Virus record (IMG/VR): IMGVR_UViG_3300025400_000011
Coordinates: 1-64,000 of that record
From: a virus
DNA length: 64,000 nucleotides
Direction: 5' to 3' (one strand)
The position numbers and the translations under genes are program-made. Positions 48,144 to 57,828 of the stretch are shown here, in pieces (position 1 is the first letter of the stretch; the number at the start of each line of letters is the position of its first letter). Below the pieces are notes generated by a model. It searched no databases. It saw only the letters and a program-made list of their open reading frames with translations, and was not told the origin of the DNA.

Positions 48144-49178
48144 ATGCCTGTTATTAATATACAGTCCCTTACAAGTCCTACTACTTTAGCTGTAGGTACA
48201 GATGTAGGTAATCCGTATTCTTTCCAGCAATGGTTACAAAATAATAGCAATATTGATGTTAACTCTCAAGTTAGCCAATACAACACGTATTTAAAGACTT
48301 GGTACAAGAACAGAGCCAACTCACCGGCTACTATGTCTTTATATGTAAAGAACCTTTACATTAACTTCATAAAACAGCTTGGATTATCCACTCGTAATCC
48401 AGAAGAACAGGCATTTTTTAGTAGTATAGATTATAACAATGATTTGGATATACAAGGAGCAATAACTTATTATGCTCGTAAACTAAAAGACGTATCTAGA
48501 TATATAGCAGAACAACGTAATAACATAGTTTACTCCAAGATAAAAAATAACTTAATAGGTACTAGTGATTATCTGTCGAGCTTGTTTTATACCTATATCC
48601 TCAATGTTTTTACCATTAAACCAGATCCAAATAATGTGGTCATTACAAATGGTGATTTATTACAATACTTGCCTTCATTAAGTGCAATAGCGGATACTTT
48701 TAGTGTAGAAATAGAAGAGTTATACGACACTGCAAATTACTTAGATAGAGATCCAAGTGTAGATATTTCTCAGTACACCACCTTTGCTGCTAATACAAGT
48801 GCGCAGTTATATGAAACATCTTTTTACGATGTTCCTTCAGAATATATTCTTAACTTAATTATTCAGGCCCTACAATCAGCAAATACGTTAAATCCTTGCT
48901 ATGGTGTATCCGGCTTCGTAGGCACAACTATAAGTAATAATACAAATAACACTTCTACAATGAGTAATGTCTATGTTTATTCAGGCGACGGTCAAAGCAC
49001 GTCCTACCCTCTTGCAGGTATCACAAACGGTGATGCCTCTTTATATAGAGTTACTCTTGATGGTTTAGTACAAACACCTGGTACAGCTTATACCATAAGT
49101 GTTCAGAACGCAAATATACTTTTTAGTGGTATCCCGCCACTTGGTTCAGAAATAGTCATCGTAGCTCCAACCTCATAA
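48144..49178 (+). CDS. Putative virion structural protein
   Basis: Late motif upstream. C-terminal YSGDGQSTSY...VTLDGLVQTPGTAYT...F...PP.GSEI domain is common in myovirus tail proteins. Confidence 0.55.
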   Translation: MPVINIQSLTSPTTLAVGTDVGNPYSFQQWLQNNSNIDVNSQVSQYNTYLKTWYKNRANSPATMSLYVKNLYINFIKQLGLSTRNPEEQAFFSSIDYNNDLDIQGAITYYARKLKDVSRYIAEQRNNIVYSKIKNNLIGTSDYLSSLFYTYILNVFTIKPDPNNVVITNGDLLQYLPSLSAIADTFSVEIEELYDTANYLDRDPSVDISQYTTFAANTSAQLYETSFYDVPSEYILNLIIQALQSANTLNPCYGVSGFVGTTISNNTNNTSTMSNVYVYSGDGQSTSYPLAGITNGDASLYRVTLDGLVQTPGTAYTISVQNANILFSGIPPLGSEIVIVAPTS

Positions 49179-49179
49179 C

Positions 49180-52100
49180 ATGTCGCTAACAACAGTAAAC
49201 CAACTTAGTCTTATACCTGCAGCCGCTGGGGTTTCAGGCCGTTCTGGTTTTTCTGGCTTCTCTGGGTTTCCTGGAGCACAAGGAGCACCCGGTGGTGCTT
49301 CTGGTTATAGTGGTCAATCAGGTACTTCTGGTTTCTCTGGGTTTACCGGTTTCAGTGGTTTTAGCGGTCTAAACGGTACAGTAGCATATTCCGGTACTTC
49401 TGGTTTCTCTGGGTTTAGCGGTTTTAGCGGTTATTCAGGCGCTACCGGTTTTAGCGGTTTTTCTAGTTTTTCAGGCTTCTCTGGGTTTTCAAGTTTTAGT
49501 GGTTATTCTGGCTACACCGGTCAATCTGGTTTTAGTGGTATATCAGGCTTTAGCGGTATAAGTGGTTTTAGCGGTATATCTGGTTATAGTGGTATGAGCG
49601 GTTTTACAGGTATATCTGGTTTCAGTGGTGCTCCTGGTGCAGCTGCAGCTTCCGGTTATTCTGGTTTTAGCGGTTATAGCGGTATTTCCGGTTATAGTGG
49701 TTTTTCTAGCTTTTCCGGTTACAGCGGTTTTAGTAGCTTTAGTGGTTACTCGGGCTTTAGCAGTTTTTCAGGTTTTTCAGGTTACTCCGGTTTTAGCAGC
49801 TTTAGCGGGTTCTCTGGTTTTAGTAGCTTTAGTGGTTTTTCAGGTACATCAGGTTATTCTGGTCAATCTGGTTTCTCAGGCTTCACTGGTTTATCAGGCT
49901 ATTCTGGTACGAGTGGTTTTAGCGGGAATTCAGGTACATCAGGTTATAGCGGGTATACCGGTTTACAAGGCTATTCTGGTTTAAGCGGTTATTCCGGACA
50001 ATCAGGTTTTAGCGGCATTTCAGGATGGTCAGGAGATTCAGGTATTAGCGGTTATTCTGGCTTTAGCGGTCAATCTGGTGCTTTAGGCATTTCAGGTTTT
50101 TCTGGTTACAGTGGTCAATCAGGCTACTCTGGTACTTCTGGTTATGTAGGTATTTCTGGTTACAGTGGTTTTAGCGGACAATCTGGTTGGTCTGGTTATT
50201 CTGGTATAAGTGGTACTAGTGGTTATTCTGGTCAATCAGGTTTTTCAGGCCCGTCTGGTTATTCCGGCTTTACAGGTATTTCTGGCTACTCTGGCTTTAG
50301 TGGTCAAGTAGGTACAACCGGTCAATCAGGTTATTCTGGTTTTAGTGGTCAATCAGGTTACAGTGGTCAATCTGGCTTCTCTGGTATTTCAGGCTTTAGT
50401 GGTTATACAGGTACATCTGGTACTTCTGGTTACTCCGGTATTAGCGGTTATTCAGGCTTTACTGGTATTTCAGGTACCTCAGGCTATTCCGGTTCAGTAG
50501 GTACATCCGGTACTTCAGGTTATTCCGGTACTTCTGGTTATTCAGGGCTTTCTGGTTACTCAGGTACAAGCGGCTATTCCGGTACTTCAGGCTATTCTGG
50601 TACAATAGGTACAAGCGGTTATTCTGGTATTAGTGGTTACTCAGGCTTTACTGGTATTTCAGGCTATTCCGGTTTTACAGGTACTTCAGGCTTTACTGGT
50701 ATATCTGGTTATAGTGGTATTTCAGGCTTTAGTGGCTTTACTGGTATTTCAGGTTATTCTGGACAATCAGGCTACTCCGGTACTTCTGGTACGGTAGGTA
50801 CTTCAGGTTACTCCGGTTATTCTGGCTTGTCTGGTGCTTCAGGTTATTCTGGTTTATCAGGCTTTAGCGGTATATCAGGTTATACAGGTATTTCAGGTCA
50901 TTCAGGCTTTAGTAGTTATTCTGGTTATAGCGGTCAATCAGGTTTTACAGGTATTTCTGGTTTCTCAGGTTGGTCAGGGCCAACAGGCGGTTCGGTTTAC
51001 GGTAGAACGTACTTCTTTAATGAAACTAATAGTGATCAAAACCCAGCAGTATTTGAACAACTAACCTTACAACCAGGTGGTATTAGTATAGAAGACGATC
51101 AAGTCACTATTACATCTGCAGCAGGTATAAGTGCTATTGGTTGGTACTTAACACCCCCAGGTGAACCTGGTTTAGTATATATTGAATCAGGTCTATGGGA
51201 TATTGAGTTCTACCGTTACGTAACGGGTGGTAGTGCTGGGTTTATATTCAGTATATACACATTCTCGATGGCTACTAGTGCCACGAGTACATTTATTTTA
51301 AGTGCTGATTCAGGACTTGTTTCTGATACAGTTTCGACATATCAAAAGATAGGCGCTGTTACAAGTAGTATCACCTCTCTATCTTCTACAGATCGTATTT
51401 TACTACAAGTAGCTGCTTATACTAACAGTGTAACACCAGTAACTGCTGCTTACCAATATAATGGTAGTTCAGTGTACAGTGTAGTACGTACTCCTATTGG
51501 TCAAGGTGTTGCTGGTCAGTCTGGTTATTCTGGCTACAGCGGTTTAGGTTATTCAGGCTACAGTGGTCAATCAGGCTATAGTGGTTTTACAGGCTTTAGT
51601 GGCTTCACTGGTATTAGTGGTTTCACTGGTACTTCAGGTTATTCAGGCTTTACAGGTATTTCTGGTGCTTCAGGCTATTCTGGTACAGTAGGTATTAGCG
51701 GTACTTCAGGTTATTCCGGCTTCACTGGTATATCTGGTTACTCTGGTATCTCTGGTTTTTCAGGCTTTACTGGTATAAGCGGTACTTCAGGTTACTCTGG
51801 CATTTCAGGTTATTCTGGTATTTCTGGTTATAGTGGTTATTCTGGTGCTTCAGGTTATTCTGGTACATCTGGCTTCTCTGGTATCTCAGGCTTTACTGGT
51901 ATTAGCGGTTATTCAGGCTTTACAGGTATTTCAGGTTATAGTGGTACTTCAGGCTACTCAGGTACATCTGGTTACAGCGGTTATTCCGGTCAATCTGGTT
52001 TCTCAGGTATATCAGGCTATAGTGGTACTTCAGGCTTTAGCGGTATATCTGGTTATAGCGGTTTTACAGGTCAATCTGGTACTTCAGGTTATAGCGGCTT

Positions 52101-55100
52101 AAGCGGTTATAGCGGTACTTCAGGTTTCTCAGGCTTCACAGGTATAAGCGGTTATTCCGGTCAATCAGGCTTTAGTGGTTTCACTGGTATATCTGGTTAC
52201 TCTGGTACTTCAGGCTTTAGTGGTATATCAGGCTTCTCTGGTTACACCGGTATTTCAGGCTTCTCAGGTATTAGCGGTTGGTCAGGCTATTCTGGCTTTA
52301 CGGGTTTATCAGGCTTTAGTGGTTACTCCGGTTTATCAGGCTTTACAGGTATTTCAGGTTACTCAGGCTTTAGTGGTCAAATAGGCTACTCTGGTCAATC
52401 AGGCTTTAGTGGTTTTACTGGTGTAAGCGGGTTCAGTGGTACATCTGGTATTTCTGGTTATTCTGGCTTTACAGGCATTTCCGGCTTTAGCGGTATTTCA
52501 GGCTTTAGCGGTATAAGCGGTTTTAGCGGTATTTCTGGTTACTCTGGTTTATCAGGGTTCTCAGGTTACACAGGTATAAGTGGTTTCTCAGGCTTTACAG
52601 GCGCTTCTGGTTTCTCTGGTATATCAGGCTGGTCTGGCTATAGCGGCTTTAGCGGTTTTTCAGGCTTTAGTAGCTACTCCGGATTTAGCGGCTTTAGTGG
52701 TTTCTCAAGCTATTCCGGTTTCTCAGGGTTTAGCGGTTTTTCAAGCTTCTCTGGTTTCTCTGGTTTTAGTAGCTTCTCTGGTTTCTCAGGCTTCAGTAGT
52801 TATTCCGGTTATACAGGTGTTTCTGGTTACTCTGGTTATTCTGGTTTTACTGGCTTCTCAGGCTTTACTGGTTGGTCTGGTTTTAGCGGTTATCAAGGCT
52901 ACTCTGGTTTTAGTGGCTTCTCTGGTTTTAGTGGAGCAGGTATAACAAGTACTGCTACTACAAGTTATATACCTAAGATGTCAAGCTCGACATCTGTAGC
53001 TAATAGTTTAGTATATGACAACGGTACTAATGTAGGTATCAATACTACTAGCCCAGCACATACATTACATGTCCAGGGGGATATATATTCTTCTGGTGCT
53101 ATTATCGGTAGTATCAACAATACACTTAAAACAACTAATGTCGGTGCTACTAGTTCAATATATGTAAGATCAGACGGTAGCACAGGCGCATTTAATGATT
53201 CTAATACTGCTTTCTATGTAGATAATATCGGTAACTTATCTATTTTCAATCAGCTTTACTATAACTCTTCTACACAAAAGTTCGTCATTGCTGGTACATT
53301 GCAAGCAGCTTCAATAGGTGCAACAAGTGCAATATATATTGCTGCAACAGGTGTTACACCTTCATTTAGTGCATGCAATACACCTTTCTATGCTGATAAT
53401 ACTGGTAACTTCTCGTTAGGTAATAAGTTTGCTTGGAACAGTAAGACAAACGTTTTAAATGTTGGTGGTACAATAAATGCTGCTAATATAGGTGCAACAA
53501 GTGCTATATACATTGCTGGTGCAACAGTAACACCTTCATTTAGTGCTTCTAATACACCTTTTTGGGTAGATAGTTCTGGTAGATTATCTCTAGGTAGCAA
53601 ACTTACCTGGGACGGTAATGGTACGTTAAATGTAGGTGGTACTATTAAGACTACAACAGCAGACGCTACAAGTGCAATATATGTAAGAGCAGATGGTGGT
53701 GTTGGTGCATTTAACGACTCTAATACAGCTTTCTGGGTAGATAATACTGGTAACTTATCTATTTTTAATAAACTTTATTACAATGCTTCTACTCAAAAGT
53801 TCTGGATCGGTGGGACATTGCAGGCTTCTACAGTAGGTTCTACTAGTGCAATATATGTACGTACAGATGGTAGTGCTGGTGCATATAACAACTCAAGCAC
53901 ACCATTCTATGTAGATAATACAGGTCAATTTTCTCTTGGTAATAATGTAACTTGGAGCGGTGGTGCATTAACAGTAAATGGTACTGTTACTACTGGTGCA
54001 TTAACAGCTACAGGTGGTAAAATATCAAACTGGAATATTAATACCAATAGTTTTACATCAACTAATGGTGATATAACTCTTAATAGTAGTTCTACCCCTT
54101 ATATAGGCGTTAATACAACCACATTTGGTAGTGCTGGTATATTCTTAGGTAAGAGTGGTACTAACTACGTATTCTATGCAGGTAACGGTAGTAATCAAGC
54201 TTTAAAATGGGACGGTAGCGCATTAACAGTATCCGGTACTATTGGTGCAACTGCTGGTAATATAGGTGGTTGGGGTATAGGTAGTACATCTCTTACATCA
54301 ACTAATATAACTATTGATAGTTCTGCCGGGTCAATAACAAGTACAGATGGTGCTGGTAGTTATGTATATCTTACTTCAAACTTTGTAAGCGGTTATGGTG
54401 GTGCTGTAACTAATAGCGCATCTTACAAGTTATATGCTTTAGGTAATGGTGCATATTTAAATATTTCAAATGCCTCTTTTAGTGTTGGTGGTGGGGTAGC
54501 TAGTAGCTCATTAGCTACGTGGTCGGTTACAGGTGGTGGTGGTACAGTTTCAATGACCCCCGGCAGATTAGATGCAAGTTCTGCAGTTTCTGGTTTTAGT
54601 GGTACTTTCACTCGTCTAGTAGTTGGTAATAACGGTTTTGATGTTACAGGTGGTGGTACAATATCTGGAGATGTAGGACTAGGTACAGGTGCCAAGATAT
54701 ACCTACATGCAGCTTCAGGTTGGGTAGGAGTTTCAGGCGGTATTGCATTCGGAGATGGTACTACAATGAACACTGCTGGTGGTTCTACTGGACCACAAGG
54801 TGCTTCTGGTACTTCAGGGTGGTCTGGTTTTAGCGGTATAAATGGCTCTAACGGTGCTTCTGGTACTTCAGGGTGGTCTGGTTTCTCTGGACAAAAAGGT
54901 GCAACAGGACCGCAAGGATTAAGAGGCCCAACAGGACCACAAGGGCAAAGAGGTCCTACAGGTTCTCAAGGCTTTAGCGGTATTTCAGGTTGGTCTGGCG
55001 CAAAAGGTGCTCAAGGTTCACCTGGTTCAACTTCTTATAACCAATCTCTCAACACATACAACTCTGTAACATTTGCAGGTCTAACAGTTTCTGATGGTAC

Positions 55101-55737
55101 AGCTAGTGATGTAGTAGCTACATTTAGTGGTTTAGTAAACCTTCAATCAGGTACAGTTGGACCACACGTAATATATACTGCAGGAGCTGCAGGTACCACT
55201 GGTAATGAATACGGTTTAGGTTTATCCGATTCTTCGTATGGTAATCCTGCAAATACTTGGTTAAAAGGTAACGGTGATGCTTCCTTTGGTGGTGCTGTTT
55301 CTAAAGGCTCTGGTTCATTTAAAATTAACCATCCGTTACCCTCGTTAAGTGCTACAAACTATTTAGTACATTCATTTATTGAAGGTCCAAGAGTAGATCT
55401 TATATATAGAGGTACAGCAGCACTTAGTGCAGGTCAAGCTGTTTTAAACTTAGATGAAACAGTAGGTATGACAGAAGGTACGTTTGTAGCTTTATGTAGA
55501 GAGGTACAAGTATTTGTTACAAATCAAACAGATTGGTCTGGTGTGCGTGGTTCAGTTACTGATAATATTTTAACCATAACATGTCAAGATCCTTCTGCTA
55601 CGTCTACTGTTAACTGGATGGTAATAGGTGAACGTCATGACCCACACATTATTAGTACAAGCTGGACTGATGCAAGCGGTAAACCTATATTAGAACCAGT
55701 TATTCCACCACCAATACCATTATCTGCTATATTATAA
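49180..55737 (+). CDS. Giant fibre protein: long Gly-X-Ser/Thr arms, central domain, tandem beta repeats and C-terminal FKINHP/HSFIEGP domain
   Basis: 2185 aa. Repeat arms about 49228-50994 and 51505-52938. Five ATSAIY..F...NT.F.VD..G..S repeats. C-terminal SGSFKINHP...LVHSFIEGP...GERHD. Confidence 0.8.
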   Translation: MSLTTVNQLSLIPAAAGVSGRSGFSGFSGFPGAQGAPGGASGYSGQSGTSGFSGFTGFSGFSGLNGTVAYSGTSGFSGFSGFSGYSGATGFSGFSSFSGFSGFSSFSGYSGYTGQSGFSGISGFSGISGFSGISGYSGMSGFTGISGFSGAPGAAAASGYSGFSGYSGISGYSGFSSFSGYSGFSSFSGYSGFSSFSGFSGYSGFSSFSGFSGFSSFSGFSGTSGYSGQSGFSGFTGLSGYSGTSGFSGNSGTSGYSGYTGLQGYSGLSGYSGQSGFSGISGWSGDSGISGYSGFSGQSGALGISGFSGYSGQSGYSGTSGYVGISGYSGFSGQSGWSGYSGISGTSGYSGQSGFSGPSGYSGFTGISGYSGFSGQVGTTGQSGYSGFSGQSGYSGQSGFSGISGFSGYTGTSGTSGYSGISGYSGFTGISGTSGYSGSVGTSGTSGYSGTSGYSGLSGYSGTSGYSGTSGYSGTIGTSGYSGISGYSGFTGISGYSGFTGTSGFTGISGYSGISGFSGFTGISGYSGQSGYSGTSGTVGTSGYSGYSGLSGASGYSGLSGFSGISGYTGISGHSGFSSYSGYSGQSGFTGISGFSGWSGPTGGSVYGRTYFFNETNSDQNPAVFEQLTLQPGGISIEDDQVTITSAAGISAIGWYLTPPGEPGLVYIESGLWDIEFYRYVTGGSAGFIFSIYTFSMATSATSTFILSADSGLVSDTVSTYQKIGAVTSSITSLSSTDRILLQVAAYTNSVTPVTAAYQYNGSSVYSVVRTPIGQGVAGQSGYSGYSGLGYSGYSGQSGYSGFTGFSGFTGISGFTGTSGYSGFTGISGASGYSGTVGISGTSGYSGFTGISGYSGISGFSGFTGISGTSGYSGISGYSGISGYSGYSGASGYSGTSGFSGISGFTGISGYSGFTGISGYSGTSGYSGTSGYSGYSGQSGFSGISGYSGTSGFSGISGYSGFTGQSGTSGYSGLSGYSGTSGFSGFTGISGYSGQSGFSGFTGISGYSGTSGFSGISGFSGYTGISGFSGISGWSGYSGFTGLSGFSGYSGLSGFTGISGYSGFSGQIGYSGQSGFSGFTGVSGFSGTSGISGYSGFTGISGFSGISGFSGISGFSGISGYSGLSGFSGYTGISGFSGFTGASGFSGISGWSGYSGFSGFSGFSSYSGFSGFSGFSSYSGFSGFSGFSSFSGFSGFSSFSGFSGFSSYSGYTGVSGYSGYSGFTGFSGFTGWSGFSGYQGYSGFSGFSGFSGAGITSTATTSYIPKMSSSTSVANSLVYDNGTNVGINTTSPAHTLHVQGDIYSSGAIIGSINNTLKTTNVGATSSIYVRSDGSTGAFNDSNTAFYVDNIGNLSIFNQLYYNSSTQKFVIAGTLQAASIGATSAIYIAATGVTPSFSACNTPFYADNTGNFSLGNKFAWNSKTNVLNVGGTINAANIGATSAIYIAGATVTPSFSASNTPFWVDSSGRLSLGSKLTWDGNGTLNVGGTIKTTTADATSAIYVRADGGVGAFNDSNTAFWVDNTGNLSIFNKLYYNASTQKFWIGGTLQASTVGSTSAIYVRTDGSAGAYNNSSTPFYVDNTGQFSLGNNVTWSGGALTVNGTVTTGALTATGGKISNWNINTNSFTSTNGDITLNSSSTPYIGVNTTTFGSAGIFLGKSGTNYVFYAGNGSNQALKWDGSALTVSGTIGATAGNIGGWGIGSTSLTSTNITIDSSAGSITSTDGAGSYVYLTSNFVSGYGGAVTNSASYKLYALGNGAYLNISNASFSVGGGVASSSLATWSVTGGGGTVSMTPGRLDASSAVSGFSGTFTRLVVGNNGFDVTGGGTISGDVGLGTGAKIYLHAASGWVGVSGGIAFGDGTTMNTAGGSTGPQGASGTSGWSGFSGINGSNGASGTSGWSGFSGQKGATGPQGLRGPTGPQGQRGPTGSQGFSGISGWSGAKGAQGSPGSTSYNQSLNTYNSVTFAGLTVSDGTASDVVATFSGLVNLQSGTVGPHVIYTAGAAGTTGNEYGLGLSDSSYGNPANTWLKGNGDASFGGAVSKGSGSFKINHPLPSLSATNYLVHSFIEGPRVDLIYRGTAALSAGQAVLNLDETVGMTEGTFVALCREVQVFVTNQTDWSGVRGSVTDNILTITCQDPSATSTVNWMVIGERHDPHIISTSWTDASGKPILEPVIPPPIPLSAIL

Positions 55738-55740
55738 TCA

Positions 55741-57303
55741 ATGCTTTCTGCAACACAAGTCGACGTTAATACAACATCTGACCAGATTAACGCTCAGTTA
55801 GTAACCCTATCTGAAAAGTATCTAGGTAATAACGTTATTGTACTATCTGGTACTAATACAGGTTATATAGGTGCAAATATTGCACCTTTAGCACCATGGG
55901 GTAACTTAGCTAATAAGTACTTCCCTACTGTTGCTACATTATCTCAGAGTGGAGACAATATATTAACTAAAGACCAGCTTGGTGGTTATTTTACACCTAA
56001 TAATCTTGGTGCTTCTACTTATTTAGCTAAAAACCTTACACCGTTTATTAATATTAACGAGGTCAAACCTGGTGTAATATACAAATATGCTGATCCAGCT
56101 AAGTTTAACAAAGGTAGTGGTTTATCTGAAAAAGATCAAGATAATATTATAACCCATATACAGGACCTAAGTTGGTTAAAGGCTACTAACACAGGTACTA
56201 TATATGATGGTCAGGTTATCGGTACTACTGATTATCAAAAGTTTGTTCCTTATCAATCTGCTTATGAAACTACTAAACTAGATACTAACGGAGTAGTAGA
56301 TGTTCGTAATGATTATGAGTTTTGGACAGGACCGCAGAAAAACATCTGGTTAACCACTAATAAGTTTACGGAAGAAGATTGGTTAAAGTACCATGATATA
56401 GATAACAGGGTACAAAGACTACTCATTAACACCGGACAAGAGCTATACTCTTGGAACACTGATGTGTTTGGTAATCAATATGCATTATATAAAGCACCGC
56501 CTGTAGAAGGGCGTACTATATACCATATGCAAAATGCTTATGGTCCGTTGTGGGTAAGAACAGTAGACGGGATAGTATATTCAGCTACAGATGCACTTAC
56601 TGCTATATACAACAAGTACTTAAACGAGCCTGCTATATATGCTCAGTTATCAGCTAATAATATTAAAAATCTTGATGTATTTTATGATACTCTAGTGTTT
56701 GATTTGAGCGGTTATACAATATTCGAAAAGATAACGTTCGATTATAATACTAAGACTATACAAACAACAGATAAAGACTTTTTATGGTTAGATTATCATC
56801 AAAACGTTTCTAGTCGTTTACTTTCCTCTTCTTCTTTAACAGGTATACATGTTAAAGATAGTGCTGCGGTTTATTATGGTGGTAACTGGTATGATGAAAA
56901 CAAAAAGACCATTACTTCTTGTTTATTATTGTCTGCTGCAGTTACTACAACAAGTACTACTTCTGCACTAGTAGTGCCTGTACTATATCAGTACGATATT
57001 AACAACCCTTCAAAGAGAACTAGAATATTCCCTACCAATAATACTGATTTTGATTACTTTACATATAGTAGAGGTATAAGTTCAGTAAATAGCGATCAAG
57101 AGTTATTAACTTATATGGAAGCACCTGTTATTACATATAATAAGGATATTGGTTCTTATATTATAAGTTTTGTTGCTTTTATTAATCAAAACTTCAAAAT
57201 AGTAACTTACAATACTAAGGAAGCTTTACTTGGTAGAATACTAGTTAACGAAGCAGTAATACCAATCGTAACAGATACAGGAAGCCCAGTAACAGTCGTA
57301 TGA
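55741..57303 (+). CDS. Hypothetical virion/baseplate-associated protein
   Basis: 520 aa, in the fibre operon. No family recognised. Confidence 0.55.
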   Translation: MLSATQVDVNTTSDQINAQLVTLSEKYLGNNVIVLSGTNTGYIGANIAPLAPWGNLANKYFPTVATLSQSGDNILTKDQLGGYFTPNNLGASTYLAKNLTPFININEVKPGVIYKYADPAKFNKGSGLSEKDQDNIITHIQDLSWLKATNTGTIYDGQVIGTTDYQKFVPYQSAYETTKLDTNGVVDVRNDYEFWTGPQKNIWLTTNKFTEEDWLKYHDIDNRVQRLLINTGQELYSWNTDVFGNQYALYKAPPVEGRTIYHMQNAYGPLWVRTVDGIVYSATDALTAIYNKYLNEPAIYAQLSANNIKNLDVFYDTLVFDLSGYTIFEKITFDYNTKTIQTTDKDFLWLDYHQNVSSRLLSSSSLTGIHVKDSAAVYYGGNWYDENKKTITSCLLLSAAVTTTSTTSALVVPVLYQYDINNPSKRTRIFPTNNTDFDYFTYSRGISSVNSDQELLTYMEAPVITYNKDIGSYIISFVAFINQNFKIVTYNTKEALLGRILVNEAVIPIVTDTGSPVTVV

Positions 57304-57800
57304 TAACTAACTATACATTTACAACTTCAACAAGTAGTGCAAAACTATATACCCCTACCATTATTGTTTTTAAACCAAGCAATATATCATTAACAGGTAA
57401 CCAGTTTTTAAGCAAAATGGTGTATCAGTTACCAGACGGGGTTATAACTAAAGTAAACACATTTGTACCTAATGGTTACGGTAATGATGATTGTAGATCG
57501 GATTTTGTATACACCGTACCTAACGTTACTACTACTTCAGTTAGCGGTTACACTACAGCTGTTATTAGTATATCTGCCTTTATAGGTCCAGGTAACTACT
57601 TTAATCCTTCTACATATACATTAAGTTTAACAGGTATACCCCCAAAGTTTACTCGCAATCCTTTAGCTTCTGCTGAAGCATATGTATTTGATGAGGTTCA
57701 TTTAGTTAAAATGAAATCCTGGGGTCCAGATAATAATCAAATACTTGCTTTAGAAGGTAAAAATCCAAACTATTTACTGCTGAATTATAATGGATTGTAA
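57300..57800 (+). CDS. Hypothetical protein
   Basis: ATGA-coupled to the upstream gene. T/S-rich with beta character. Confidence 0.55.
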   Translation: MITNYTFTTSTSSAKLYTPTIIVFKPSNISLTGNQFLSKMVYQLPDGVITKVNTFVPNGYGNDDCRSDFVYTVPNVTTTSVSGYTTAVISISAFIGPGNYFNPSTYTLSLTGIPPKFTRNPLASAEAYVFDEVHLVKMKSWGPDNNQILALEGKNPNYLLLNYNGL

Positions 57801-57828
57801 CATACATAACAACTAAATATTACTACCG

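Larger units (their letters stand above)
29430..52938 (+). repeat. Degenerate 9-nt-period coding repeats (GGN-[TTY/TAY/ATH/ACN]-[TCN/AGY/ACN]) in several blocks
   Basis: Approximate blocks: 29430-30260, 30465-31093, 31615-31925, 32960-34001, 34530-35478, 36216-36826, 37374-38014, 49228-50994 and 51505-52938. Confidence 0.95.

Noticed and set aside
29430-52938. Repeat blocks as CRISPR array or satellite DNA
   Set aside because: There is no constant repeat with unique spacers. The periodicity is codon-level, inside long ORFs, with synonymous variation.
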